From NCBI RefSeq assembly GCF_004010195.1, contig NC_057718.1, positions 93,908,341 through 93,962,449 on the forward strand: a DNA stretch of 54,109 nucleotides. The letters are read 5' to 3'. The DNA is from Chiloscyllium plagiosum. Taxonomy: Eukaryota. The position numbers were made by a program, and so were the translations under genes. Position 1 is the first letter of the stretch, and each line of letters starts with the position of its first letter. A model generated the notes under the pieces. It ran no database searches. It was not told where the DNA came from and was given only the letters and a program-made list of their open reading frames with translations. Positions 1-11,770 of the stretch are shown here, piece by piece.

Positions 1-288
1 CAGGTAGTCACGGAGGGAACGGTCTTTGCAGAAGGCAGAAAGGGGTGGGGAGGGAAATATATCCCTGGTGGTGGGGTCCGTTTGGAGGTGGCGGAAATGT
101 CAGTGGATGATTTGGTTTATGCGAAGGTTGATAGGTTGGAAGGTGAGCACCAGGGGCATTCTGTCCTTGTTACGGTTGGAGGGATGGGGTCTGAGGGCGG
201 AGGTGCGGGATGTGGACGAGATGCATTGGAGGGCATCTTTAACCACGTGGAAAGGGAAATTGCGGTCTCTAAAGAAGGAGGCCATCCG
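1..288 (-). mobile_element. Penelope-like retroelement ORF fragment (region C-terminal of RT)
   Basis: Minus frame reads MASFFRDRNFPFHVVKDALQCISSTSRTSALRPHPSNRNKDRMPLVLTFQP, resembling vertebrate PLE ORFs; runs off window start. Confidence 0.75.
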
Positions 289-399
289 GTGTTGCTGTAT
301 ATGGACACAAACTGTTTCAGTATCTGAGGACCCGCGAATATACTGTAAACCAAGCAATTGTCAATGAACCTTCCGTGTTAGTGATGGAGGGAGTGGGTG

Positions 400-1010
400 C
401 TTATGGATGCAAATCAAGTGGGCTGCTTTGTCCTGGATGGTATCCAACTTCCTGAGTGTTGTTAGGATACACTCATCCAGGCAAGTGGGGAGTATTCCAT
501 CACATTCCTGACTTGCCTTGTAGATGGTGGACAAGCTTTAGGGAGTCAGGAGATGTGTTACTCACCACAGTATTCCACCTCTGACCTGCTCTTGTGGCCA
601 TTATGTTTAGGTAGTGAGTCCAGTTGAGTTTCTGGTCGATGATAACCCCCCCAGGATGTTGATAGTGGGGGATTCAGTGATGGTAACACCACTGAATGTC
701 AACGCATGGTGGTTAGATTGTCTCTTCTGGGTGATGGTCATTGCCTGGCACTTGTGTGGTGTGAATGTTATTTGCCACTTCTCAGTCCAAGCCTGGATAT
801 TGTCCAGATCTTTAAAAAAACTGAAAGAACTGTGGATGCTGAAAATCAGAAGCACAAGCAGAAATTGCTGGAAAAGGTCAGCAGGTCTGACAGCATCTGT
901 GGAGAGAAATCAGAATTAACATTTCGGGTTGAGTGACACTCCCTCTGTTTTTGTTTTATTGTCCAGATCTTTTTGCATTTGAACATGGACTGCTTCGGTA
1001 TCTGGGAAGT
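400..1010 (-). mobile_element. Degenerate CR1/L2-group LINE RT C-terminal fragment, interrupted by an insert at 814-956
   Basis: DLDNIQAWTEKWQITFTPHKCQAMTI...ITESPTINILG is a LINE RT thumb-region motif. Confidence 0.7.
814..956 (-). mobile_element. Short Penelope-pLTR-like insert with 16-bp TSD
   Basis: TATTGTCCAGATCTTT at 798-813 and 957-972; body similar to 7045-7190 and 11875-11990. Confidence 0.7.
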
Positions 1011-1281
1011 CTTTATGACCTTATAATGGAAGGGCTGGGGTGGACATAGTTAAAAACCACTCAACACGAGGTTACAATCCAACAGGTTTATTTGGAAGCA
1101 TTAGCTTTTGGAGTGCTGCTCCCTCATCAGGTAGCCAGTGGGGCAAGATTGTAGGACAGAATTTATAGCAAACGATCACAGTGTCATGCTACTGATACAA
1201 TATATTGAACAAACCTAGATTGCTGTTTAGTTTTTCATCTTGTCTTTCACCATGGACATGGCAGGTACTCACGTGACCCGG

Positions 1282-1497
1282 GAGTGTGGTGCTGGAAAAG
1301 CACAGCAGGTCAGGCAGCACCTGAGGACCAGGAGAGTCAACGTTTCAGGCAAAAGCCCTTCATCAGGAAAGCTCTGATGAAGGGCTTTTGTCCAAAACAT
1401 CGACTCTCCTGCTCCTTGGATGCTGCCTGACCTGCTGTGCTTTTCCAGCGCCACACTCTCGACTCCAGTGTCCAGCATCTGCAGTCCTCACTTCCGC
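1282..1497. mobile_element. Fold-back Penelope-derived short insert (family B)
   Basis: Inverted arms centred near 1370; TSD CTCACGTGACCCGG (1268-1281) / CTCATGTGACTCGG (1498-1511). Confidence 0.8.
1336..1369 (-). ncRNA. Minimal hammerhead ribozyme motif (family B)
   Basis: Minus strand CUGAUGA-A-GGGC-UUUU-GCCU-GAAA-CG-UU. Confidence 0.6.
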
Positions 1498-3334
1498 CTC
1501 ATGTGACTCGGCCAACATTGTCTATCTCATACGCTGCAGGCAAAGATGCCCCAAGGTGTGGTACATAGGCAAGACCAAGCAGATGCTGCAACTATGGATG
1601 AGTGGACACCGTGCAACACTTGCTAGACAGGAATGTTCCCTTCAAGTCAGGGAACACTTCAATGGTCAGGGATATTCGGCCTCGAATCTTCAGGTGACCA
1701 TCTTCCAAGATGGATTTTGGAATGCGCAACAACTAGAGTGGCCAAGTAGAGGCTAATAGCCAAGTTTGGTACCCATGGCGATGGCCTCAACCAGGACCTT
1801 GGGTTTGTGTCACACTACAGGTGACCCCACTGTAATATACAAATGCACACACTCTTACATACTCACACACTCACACAGACCCTCTCTCATACACACACTG
1901 TCTCTCAGACACACACACATACACACCCACTCACACATCCTCTCACAGCCTTATACTCCATCACATTCACGCACACACTCTACCAAGCAAGCACATACAC
2001 AAACACACACTCACATACATTCTCACACACACTCACACTCACATGCTCACATGAAGACACTCACAGTCTCTCCCATACATTCTCTCTCTCTGTCTCTCTT
2101 CCCTTCACATGCACGCATACACACACATAAGGCTATGGGGTGAAATTGCATTTGGAGAATTGTAATTGCAGATACATTCTATTTTGTTCAAAAAGCACAC
2201 AATCTGCAGACAGTCAGTGCGGGCAGTCAATCCATGTAATATTTTATACATTCCTACTTTAGAGATAGAACCAGTCTGACTCAAGATTGGGATACAGACA
2301 GACTGTAGCCTCACATCTTTAGTGCATTGTCTGAGCTGAGCTGTCACATTTTTTTAGAAAACCTTAAGTTATCCCGAGAATGTGACTTGAAAGAAGTTCT
2401 GGAATTTGCCTATTAATGAACCGAAACCTGCAACCCAATCTAAAAGATGAAAGACTTAACAGCAATCCAGGTTTGTTCAATATATCCTATCAGTTGCATG
2501 ACACTGTGATTTTTTTGCTATAAATTCTGTGTCTTATGATTCTGCTCCTCAGCTACCTGATGGAGGAGCAGCACTCCAAAAGATAGTGCTTCCAAATAAA
2601 CCTGTTGGACTCTAACCTGGTGTTGCATGATTTTTAACTCTGAGTACACACAAAGCTACCATTGTCTCCCAAGGGGGAATACCTTGTATATGCTCAGTAA
2701 AACAATACAAGCTTCCCTTTGTTCAGGAACAATCAATTTACCCAGGCTTATTGTCAGGCAGACTTCAGAAAAGGCCATATAACCCCCTCATTTTACCTTG
2801 ATTTTAAAGATACCATCCCCAAAAATAAACTTGTAAACCTCATAATCGTCATGTTCTGCCCACGTTTCCTGTTTGCCACAGCAATTGCTGCTTTCTGTTT
2901 CCAATAATAAACAGAATGGAGCCTGCAGCTCTTCTGGGAATTTAGACACAGGCATCACCTCGGCAAACATATTCCACAATCCCGACAGAGAAATGTGCGA
3001 AAGGCCCTTTGTTTAGTGCGTCTGGGGCATCCGTTTACCTTCTGCCAGTGTATGGATTTTTCTTTTTCCTGTTTGTATATATTTATTTCGAATACACTCA
3101 GGCAAGTTCATCAGCTTCAAGCTCAGAACATTGACTTTGAACAATATTATCACTGAGGTTATTGTTAAGAGAAGGTGCATTTGACCCCGTTGCAGATTTG
3201 AATTGAATTCCTTTCTCATTGCATTGCCTGACATAAACTATCATTTCTTGTTCCTCAGCCACAACCAGATATACAGTTTTAAATTATTTCTGAACTCTTA
3301 ACATCTTGAAGCATCCCCATTCTGTTCAGTTCTT

Positions 3335-3567
3335 CAAGGATGTTGCCAGGGTTGGTGGATTTGAGCTTACGAAGAGGCTGAACAGGCTGGGGCTGTTTTC
3401 TCTGGAGTGTCAGAGGCTGAGGGGTGACCTTACAGAGGTTTACCAAATTATGAGGGGCATGGATAGGATAAATAGGCAAAGTCTTTTCCCTGGGTTCGGG
3501 GAGTCTAGACTTAGAGGGCAAAGGTTTAGGGTGAGAGGGGAAAGATATAAAAGAGACCTAAGGGGAA
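3335..3567 (+). mobile_element. CR1 LINE 3' fragment
   Basis: RLNRLGLFSLECQRLRGDLTEVYQIMRGMDR, CR1 ORF2 C-terminus. Confidence 0.9.
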
Positions 3568-3887
3568 NNNNNNNNNNNNNNNNNNNNNNNNNNNNNNNNN
3601 NNNNNNNNNNNNNNNNNNNNNNNNNNNNNNNNNNNNNNNNNNNNNNNNNNNNNNNNNNNNNNNNNNNNNNNNNNNNNNNNNNNNNNNNNNNNNNNNNNNN
3701 NNNNNNNNNNNNNNNNNNNNNNNNNNNNNNNNNNNNNNNNNNNNNNNNNNNNNNNNNNNNNNNNNNNNNNNNNNNNNNNNNNNNNNNNNNNNNNNNNNNN
3801 NNNNNNNNNNNNNNNNNNNNNNNNNNNNNNNNNNNNNNNNNNNNNNNNNNNNNNNNNNNNNNNNNNNNNNNNNNNNNNNNNNNNNNN
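3568..3887. other. Assembly gap (N run)
   Basis: N bases. Confidence 1.
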
Positions 3888-4247
3888 ATATCCCTCCAAA
3901 CCCTTCCTATTCATATACCCATCCAAATGCCTCTTAAATGTTGCAATTGTACCAGCCTCCACCACGTCCCCTGGCAGCTCATTCCATACCCGTACCACTC
4001 TCTGCGTGAAAAAGTTTCCCTTTAGGTCTCTTTTATATCTTTTCCCTCTCACCCTAAACCTTTGCCCTCTAAGTCTAGACTCCCCGAACCCAGGGAAAAG
4101 ACTTTGCCTATTTATCCTATCCATGCCCCTCATAATTTGGTAAACCTCTGTAAGGTCACCCCTCAGCCTCTGACACTCCAGAGAAAACAGCCCCAGCCTG
4201 TTCAGCCTCTCCGTAAGCTCAAATCCACCAACCCTGGCAACATCCTT
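3888..4247 (-). mobile_element. CR1 LINE 3' fragment (inverted near-copy of 3335-3567)
   Basis: NFFTQRVVRVWNELPGDVVEAGTIATFKRHLD. Confidence 0.9.
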
Positions 4248-4299
4248 GAAGAACTGAACAGAATGGGGATGCTTCAAGATATTAAGAGTTCAGAAATAA

Positions 4300-4712
4300 T
4301 ACCCATCCAGATGCCTTTTAAATGCTGCAATTGTACCAGCTTCCACCCCATCCTCTAGCAGCTCATTCCATACACGTACCACCCTCTGCAGTGAAAAAAT
4401 TGCCCCAAGGTCTCTTTTATATCTTTCCCCTCTCACACTAAACCTATGCCCTCTACTTCTGGATTCCCCTACCCCAGGGAAACAACTTTGTCTATTTATC
4501 CTATCCATGCCCCACATGGTTTTATAAACCTCTATAAGGTCACCCCTCAGCCTCCGACACTCCAGGGAAAACAGCCTCAGCCTATTCAGTCTCTCCTTAT
4601 AGCTCAAACCCTCCAACCCTGGCAACATCCTTGTAAATCATTTCTGAACCCTTTCGAGTTTCACAACATCCTTCCGATAGGAAGGAGACCAGAACTGCAC
4701 ACAATATTCCAA
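4300..4712 (-). mobile_element. CR1 LINE fragment
   Basis: MLPGLEGLSYKERLNRLRLFSLECRRLRGDLIEVYK. Confidence 0.9.
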
Positions 4713-4814
4713 AAGCACTATCCATGTCAATAAAACTGATGACATTCTCTCTTGACATTCTGAAAGAAGTTGAAATTCCAGTTGTGATTTTTTTTCAACT
4801 TTTCACGGGCTGTA

Positions 4815-5135
4815 TCTGTGAATGTATTTGGACTAGTAATCCCTAAACCCCAGGTTAAAGTTCAACGGACATGGGCTGAATTTCCAAAATGGCAGATAGT
4901 GAAATTTGAATTCAATAAAATGTCAGTCCAATTGTAACCATATCAGCATTACAGATAGTTTTAAAGGCTCATCTCGTTCATTAATGTTGTTTAGGGAGGG
5001 GAATCTGCCATCCTTACCCAGTCTGGCCTACATATGACTCCAGACAGACAGCCATTGGGTTGATTCTGAGCTATTAGGGATGGACAATAAATGCTGACCT
5101 GACCATTGACAGACACAGACCATGAATGAGTTGAA
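4815..5135 (+). mobile_element. SINE-like element (same family as 31947-32310)
   Basis: Shared GAATTCAATAAAA...CCATCCTTACCCAGTCTGGCCTACA...GGGATGGACAATAAATGCTG with 31947-32310. Confidence 0.7.
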
Positions 5136-5559
5136 AGAAGTTTCAACTTCTTTCAGAATGTCAAGGGAGAATGTCATCAGTTATATTAACATTGATATGG
5201 CTTTGTATTTGAGGAAATAAACCTGTGCACTCACTCTCTCTCTCTCTCACTAAAACTATTATGTTAGTTTTTGTTGATCGTGTAAAATGGCTGATGTCAG
5301 CAAAACAAGCCTCACCTGGCTCACCTGGGTTCAATCTGTGAAATGGGCCCAGCCCCAAAATTGGAGACAGTCCCAAATTGACATGGCCCCCTGTTGTCCG
5401 ACTTCTGAATGGACCTCTCAAATTTTAAATTTTGATGTTGAGCTCACTCTATGTGCACCCTCTCTGCAGCTGGAACATTGCATTCTTCGCTCTGTCCTAT
5501 GCAAATTGTATGATATGAATCATACACAAAACAAAACAAAACTTTTCACTGTACCTAAT

Positions 5560-5985
5560 CACAGAATCATACAGGATTGAAACAGACCCTTCGGTCCAAC
5601 CAGTCCATGCCGGACATAATCCCAAACTAAATTAGTTCCACCTGCTTGCTCCTGGCCACTATCCCTCCAAACCTTTCCAATTCATGTATCTATCCAAATA
5701 TCTTTTACACATTGCAACTGTATCCACACCCATCAATTCCTCAGGCAGTTGATTGCACACATGAACCACCCTCTGCATAAGAAATTTGCCTGTCATGTCT
5801 TTTTTAAAGCCTTATCCTCTCGCCTTAAAAAATGTGCCCCTCATCTTGAAATCCCCCATCCTCGGGGAAAGACGACTATCATTAACTCTATCTATCCAGC
5901 TCATTATTTTATACCCTTCTGTAAGGTTGCCTCTCAATCCTCCAGTGAAAAAGACCTCAGCCTATCCAGACTTTCTTTATAACTC
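5560..5985 (-). mobile_element. CR1 LINE 3' end
   Basis: Reverse-complement similarity to other CR1 3' ends in the window. Confidence 0.8.
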
Positions 5986-6079
5986 ACATTATAATTCAAA
6001 ATTTCAGCCCCATGTTTTGAAATGTGCCGCTCCCTGCCTCTATCAGGAGCTGGTCATTTCAGACAGTTGACCTCTGAAA

Positions 6080-6252
6080 TACAATACAACTTTGTTTATC
6101 CGAACATCGATTATCTGAATTTCGGATTATCCGAACAAGATCTCAAGGTCCCAATGCTTGGGTAAACTGTGTTGTCTGAACATTCGATTATCCGAACATT
6201 CAATTGTCCGAACAAAATACTGCCCGCCCGTGTCATTCAGACAAAGAGGATG
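6080..6252. mobile_element. Degenerate Tc1/pogo (Tigger-like) MITE
   Basis: Several TTATCCGAAC sub-repeats, one TTCGGAT inverse copy, decayed inverted ends. Confidence 0.5.
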
Positions 6253-7278
6253 GCAGAATAGAAACCATGCACATAAAATCCTTACAGCAGCACATAAGGG
6301 GCACTGAAGGAAGAAAATTAGAAGGAGAACTTGCACCGCATTTAGCAATTGCTTGTCTTTTCATAAAAAAAAAATAAGCTTCTCATTTCTTTGCTGCTCC
6401 AGCATTGAAATGGGATTGCAATCTCGTGGACTGCTCTGTGTTTTCTTTTGCAGATCATTTACCCTTTGGGTGAGTGACAGTTATAGAGCAAAATCCACTA
6501 TCGATCTCCTTAGCACCAGATGAAATAGCCATGACATTTTGCAGCAAAATTTGTGAACCACAAATATGAGAGTGATAGATGCCGCATGACAGCACATAAA
6601 TCAATACAAAATACCCAGATTCCTTAATGCCATGAGCTTCTTGGTGGATCTTTGAATTATCAGGAGCTATGCAGAGGTCCCCCGCTCGCTTTGGTATTGA
6701 CTGAATCGTCAGGAGACACAGGACTAATAACAATCAGACTGCCAATTCCAAATCTCTTCACTGAAACTAAATTCCAGTCTCTTAAAGGGACTCAGAAGCT
6801 GAAGAGCTTCCTTAAATCCTGGGCAGATACTGTAAAGGGCAAAGAATGCTCAAACGTGACCAGATATAAGTCAAGAGCGTTTACTGCGTTACTGGGTGTG
6901 AAGCCAACTGATTTACCAAAATGAAATACTCCAGGGCACCTTATCTTCTCACACATCAAAGATATTCTGTAGTTAGACGTTTTTATCTTTGATTTTTGGA
7001 GGACTCGGGTGGTAATTATTTCGAAGAGGAGTGATGTGACTTAGCAACAGAAATGCAAAGAACTGCGAATGCTGTAAATCAGAAATGAAAACAGAAATTG
7101 CTGGAGAAACTCAGCACGTCTGGTGCCATCAGTTCTGAGCAAGGGTCACTTGACCCGCAATGTTAACTCTTGCTTTCTCTCCATGAATGTTACCCCAAAA
7201 GCAGTCTGCTTGTAAAGTTAAAACAGGATGTAAAGGTGTTGCAAAGATGTTTGGACTCCTGTGTATCATTGCAGCTTC

Positions 7279-8470
7279 TACACACACACACTCTCACTCA
7301 CTCACACACACTCTCTCACTCACTGACACACACTCACAACCATACTCTCACACACACACACAATCNNNNNNNNNNNNNNNNNNNNNNNNNNNNNNNNNNN
7401 NNNNNNNNNNNNNNNNNNNNNNNNNNNNNNNNNNNNNNNNNNNNNNNNNNNNNNNNNNNNNNNNNNNNNNNNNNNNNNNNNNNNNNNNNNNNNNNNNNNN
7501 NNNNNNNNNNNNNNNNNNNNNNNNNNNNNNNNNNNNNNNNNNNNNNNNNNNNNNNNNNNNNNNNNNNNNNNNNNNNNNNNNNNNNNNNNNNNNNNNNNNN
7601 NNNNNNNNNNNNNNNNNNNNNNNNNNNNNNNNNNNNNNNNNNNNNNNNNNNNNNNNNNNNNNNNNNNNNNNNNNNNNNNNNNNNNNNNNNNNNNNNNNNN
7701 NNNNNNNNNNNNNNNNNNNNNNNNNNNNNNNNNNNNNNNNNNNNNNNNNNNNNNNNCCTCCCACACACAAACACTCACAACCACACACACAATCACACAC
7801 ATACACACACACACAATCTCTCTCTTTCACACACTCACAATCACACCCACACATACACACATACACTTTCTCTCACATGAACACACATACACTCACAAAC
7901 ACATCGATGCGCGCGTGCATGCACACACACACACACCCGCATGCACACAGACACGCACATATAAGTTTGTGGGGTGAATTTGTAGTTGCAGAATTACATT
8001 TTATTTTGCTCAAAAACTGCATGAATCCATGTTCGATTCTGTAAATGCCCTTTTTTTTAGATTAGAATCAGTCTGAACATTGGAACGCAACAGCCTCACG
8101 CAGGGCACAGGGCACCGCATTATCTGGGCTGACAAGGCACCTATTGTTAAAGTTCATTTGAGAATGTAACATTAAGAAAATTCTGGGATTTACATATGAA
8201 AGAACTGAAACCAACATGGTCATTCTAAAAGATGAGAGACTTAACAAACAATCCAGGTCTTTTTCAATACAGTATATAATTTCAGTTACATCACACTGTA
8301 AATTTTTGCTATAAATTCTGTGTCCTACAACCTTATACTTCACAACCACCTGATGAAGGAGCCGTACTTCAAAAGCTAGTGCTTCCAAATAAACCTGTTG
8401 GACTATAACCTGGTGTTGTGTGATTTTTTAACTTTGTACACTCAGTCCAACACCGGCATCTCCAAATCCT
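7279..8470 (+). mobile_element. Penelope-like element 3' part (CA-rich tract, 3' UTR, pLTR), spans N gap 7366-7755
   Basis: 7950-8470 aligns with 2125-2640 and 48955-49460. Confidence 0.8.
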
Positions 8471-8473
8471 GAC

Positions 8474-8559
8474 TTTCTCACTCTCTCACACACACACGCG
8501 CGCGTGCACACTCTCTCTCTCTCTCTCTCTCTCTCTCATTCTCTCTCTCTCTCTCTCAT

Positions 8560-8592
<33 letters not shown>

Positions 8593-8600
8593 AACACACA
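8474..8600. repeat. Compound (CA)n/(CT)n microsatellite
   Basis: Direct inspection. Confidence 0.95.
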
Positions 8601-8983
8601 TGTTCCTAAATGTCGAGCCGGAGGATTTTAAACAGCAGGCTTGTGAGGGAGCAGTGAGGCAGCATGGGAGAGAACAGCTGACTGAAAATATACGATCTGA
8701 AGGGGACTTGACAGTGTGAATTATGGTAGGATGCTTCCCCTTGTGGGGAAGTCGAGAACTAGGGGGCACAGTTTAAAAGTTAGGGGTTTCCCATTTAATA
8801 TCAAAATGATGAGGTTTCAGTTCTGTTCTCCTAGGGTCATATTCCTGTGGAATTCTCTCCTCCAGAGAGTTTTGTAGGCTGCAAAAATGAATGTATTCAT
8901 GGCTGAGTGAGAGAGATTTTTGTTTGACCTGAAGCGGGGAGAAGTAAAGAAAGTGGTGTAGAGTTCACTGTCAGCTCAGCCAT

Positions 8984-9270
8984 GGGTGGCATGGTGGCTC
9001 AGTGGTTAGCACTACTGCCTCACAGCGCCAGGGAGCTGGCTTCGATTCCACCCTTGGGAACTGTCTGTGTGGAATTTGCACATTCTCCCCATGTCTGCGT
9101 GGGTTTGCTTTGGGTGCTCTGGTCTCCTCTCACAGTCTGAAGATACGCAGGTTAGCTGAATTAGCCATGGGAAATACAGGGCAGGGGCGAGGGGGTCTGA
9201 GAGGGATGCTGTTTAGAGGGTCAACGTTGACTGAATGGCTTGCTTGCATACTGTTGGGATTCTATGACAT
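8984..9270 (+). mobile_element. HE1-type tRNA-derived SINE
   Basis: TGGCTCAGTGG A box, TTCGATTCC B-box-like motif, body shared with other copies. Confidence 0.85.
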
Positions 9271-9539
9271 GATTGAATGGCCTCCCATTCCTCCTTAATT
9301 CTGAGGTTCACTCGCTTATAGAGCCCTTCAGTGAAGTGATGTATGCATGAGGACCTATGAAATATCTGAGTCCAGCAACCGCTCTTCTCAAGCTCAACAA
9401 TTGATTTTTTAAGGTATGTATTTTCATTCACAGAATGTGGGGTTTACTGGCCACTAATTCCCCATTCCTAATTGGGTTCAATTATTTCCTATTCCTAATT
9501 GAGAGGTCCACTGATAAATGCGATGTTGGTGAGCATGGG

Positions 9540-11770
9540 GAGATCGGGCCCAACACAGAGGAGGTTAATCCCCAATCACGGAAGAGATTGAACCCAGCAC
9601 GGAGGAGATTGAGCCCCAATGCGGAGGAGATTGAGCCCCAGTGCAGAGGAGATTGAGCCCAGCACGGAGGAGATTGAGCCCCAGTGTGGAGGAAATTGAG
9701 CCCAGCACGGAGGAGATTGAACCCCAATGCGGAGGAGATTGAGCCCCAGTGCAGAGGAGATTGAGCCCAGCACGGAGGAGATTGAGCCCCAATGCGGAGG
9801 AGATTGAGCCCCAGTGTGGAGGAAATTGAGCCCAGCACAGAAGAGATTGAGCCCCAGTGCGGAGGAGATTGAGGTTCAATTATTTCCTATTCCTAATTGA
9901 GAGGTCCACTGATAAATGCGATGTTGGTGAGCATGGGGAGATCGGGCCCAACACAGAGGAGGTTAATCCCCAACCACGGAAGAGATTGAACCCAGCACGG
10001 AGGAGATTGAGCCCCAATGCGGAGGAGATTGAGCCTCAGTGCAGAGGAGATTGAGCCCAGCACGGAGGAGATTGAGCCCCAATGCGGAGGAGATTGAGCC
10101 CAGCACAGAGGAGATTGAGCCCCAATGCGGAGGAGATTGAGCCCCAGTGTGGAGGAAATTGAGCCCAGCACAGAGGAGATTGAGCCCCAATGCGGAGGAG
10201 ATTGAGCCAAATGCGGAGGAGATTCAGCCCCAGTGCGGAGGAGATTGAGCCCAGCACAGAGGAGATTGAGCCCAGCACAGAGGAGATTGAGCCCCAATGC
10301 GGAGGAGATTGAGCGCAGCACAGAGGAGATTGAGCCCAATGCAGAGGAGATGGAGTGTAACATGGAAGAAATTGCACTCCAACGTAGAGGAGGTTGAGGC
10401 CCAGTGCGGAGGAAATTGAGCCCAACACGGAGGAGATTGACCGCAATGTGGAGGAGATTGAGCCCCAACACGGAGGAGATAGAACCCAACGCGGAGGAGA
10501 TTGAACCCCAGTGTGGAGAAGAATGAGACCCAACATGGAGGAGATTGAGCCCTAATGCAGAGGAGATTGAGCCCCAGCACAGAGGGGATTGAGTGCAACA
10601 TGGCCCAATGCGGAGGAGATTGAGCCCCAGTGTGGAGGAAATTGAGCCCAGCACAGAGGAGATTGAGCCCCAGTGCGGAGGAGATTGAGCCCAATGCGGA
10701 GGAGATGGAGTGTAACATGTAGGAAATTGCACTCCAACGTAGAGGAGGTTGAGGCCCAGTGCAAAAGAAATTGAGCCCAACACGGAGGAGATTGACCGCA
10801 ATGTGGAGGAGATTGAGCCCCAACACAGAGGAGATAGAACCCAACGCGGAGGAGATTGAACCCCAGTGCAGAGGAGAATGAGACCCAACATGGAGGAGAT
10901 TGAGCCCTAATGCAAAGGAGATTGAGCCCCAGCACAAAGAAGACTGAACCCCAGAGCAGAGGAGATTGAGCCCCAATGCAGAGGAGATTGAGCCCCAGCA
11001 CAGAGGGGATTGAGTGCAACATGAAGGAAATTGCACTCCAACATGGAGGAGGTTGAGGTCCAGTGCGGAGGAAATTGAGCCCAACGCGGAGGAGATTGAG
11101 CCCAACATGGAGGAGAATGAGCCCCAACGTGGAGGAGATTGAGCCCCAATGCAGAGAAGATTGAGTGCAACATGGAGGAAATTGCACTCCAACATGGAGG
11201 AGGTTGAGGCCCAGTGCAGAGGAAATTGAGCCCAATGCGGAGGAGATTGAGCCCCAAAGCGGAGGAGGTTGAGCGCAACATGGAGGAGATTGACCCAACA
11301 CGGAAGAGATTGAACCCCAGTGTGGAAGAATTGAGCCCCAACACGAAGGAGATTGAGTGCAAGGTGGAGGAGATTGAGCCCAATGCGGAGGAGATTGAGC
11401 CCCAGTGCAGAGGAGAATGAGACCCAACGTGGAGGACATTGAACCCCAATGCAGAGGAGATTGGGCCCCAGTGTGGAAGAAATTGGGACCAGCACAGAGG
11501 AGATTGGAACCTAACATGGAGGAGCTTGAACCCAACGTGGGAGAGATTGAATCCAACATGGAGGAGATTGAGCCCAACATGGAGGAGAGTGAGCCCCAAC
11601 GTGGAGGAGATTGAGCCCAACATGGAGGAGAGTGAGCCCCAACGTGGAGGAGATTGAGTCCCAACGTGGAGGAGATTGAGTCCCAGTGCGGAAGAGATTG
11701 AGCCCCAGTGCGGAGGAGATTAAGTCTCAGTGCGGAGGAGATTGAGCCTCATTGCGGAGGAGATTAAGCC
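9540..11770 (+). repeat. Minisatellite, 21-22 bp unit approx. GGAGGAGATTGAGCCC(C)ARYRY, about 100 units
   Basis: Direct tandem periodicity with internal higher-order duplications. Confidence 0.95.

Larger units (their letters stand above)
1034..2640 (+). mobile_element. Penelope-like element remnant: inverted pLTR + GIY-YIG fragment + CA-rich tract + 3' pLTR
   Basis: CDSANIVYLIRCRQRCPKVWYIGKTKQ GIY-YIG motif at about 1500-1820; 1034-1240 is inverted relative to about 2450-2640. Confidence 0.85.

Noticed and set aside
2788..2979. Minus-strand coding exon ending at AAG|GTAAAA near 2796
   Set aside because: Weak acceptor, unrecognised peptide, no partner exons
3306..4277. 239-aa ORFs
   Set aside because: Read through N gap; remainder is CR1 C-terminus
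7170..8044. Long His/Thr-rich ORFs
   Set aside because: N gap plus (CA)n low complexity; same for 1766-2143 and 48611-49054
8984..9060. tRNA gene (also at other SINE heads)
   Set aside because: tRNA-like heads continue into SINE bodies; no complete cloverleaf
9540..11770. CRISPR-like array, or long ORFs (up to 423 aa) in the repeat
   Set aside because: No unique spacers and eukaryotic context; ORFs open in several frames because the unit lacks stops, and mixed 21/22-bp units break frame
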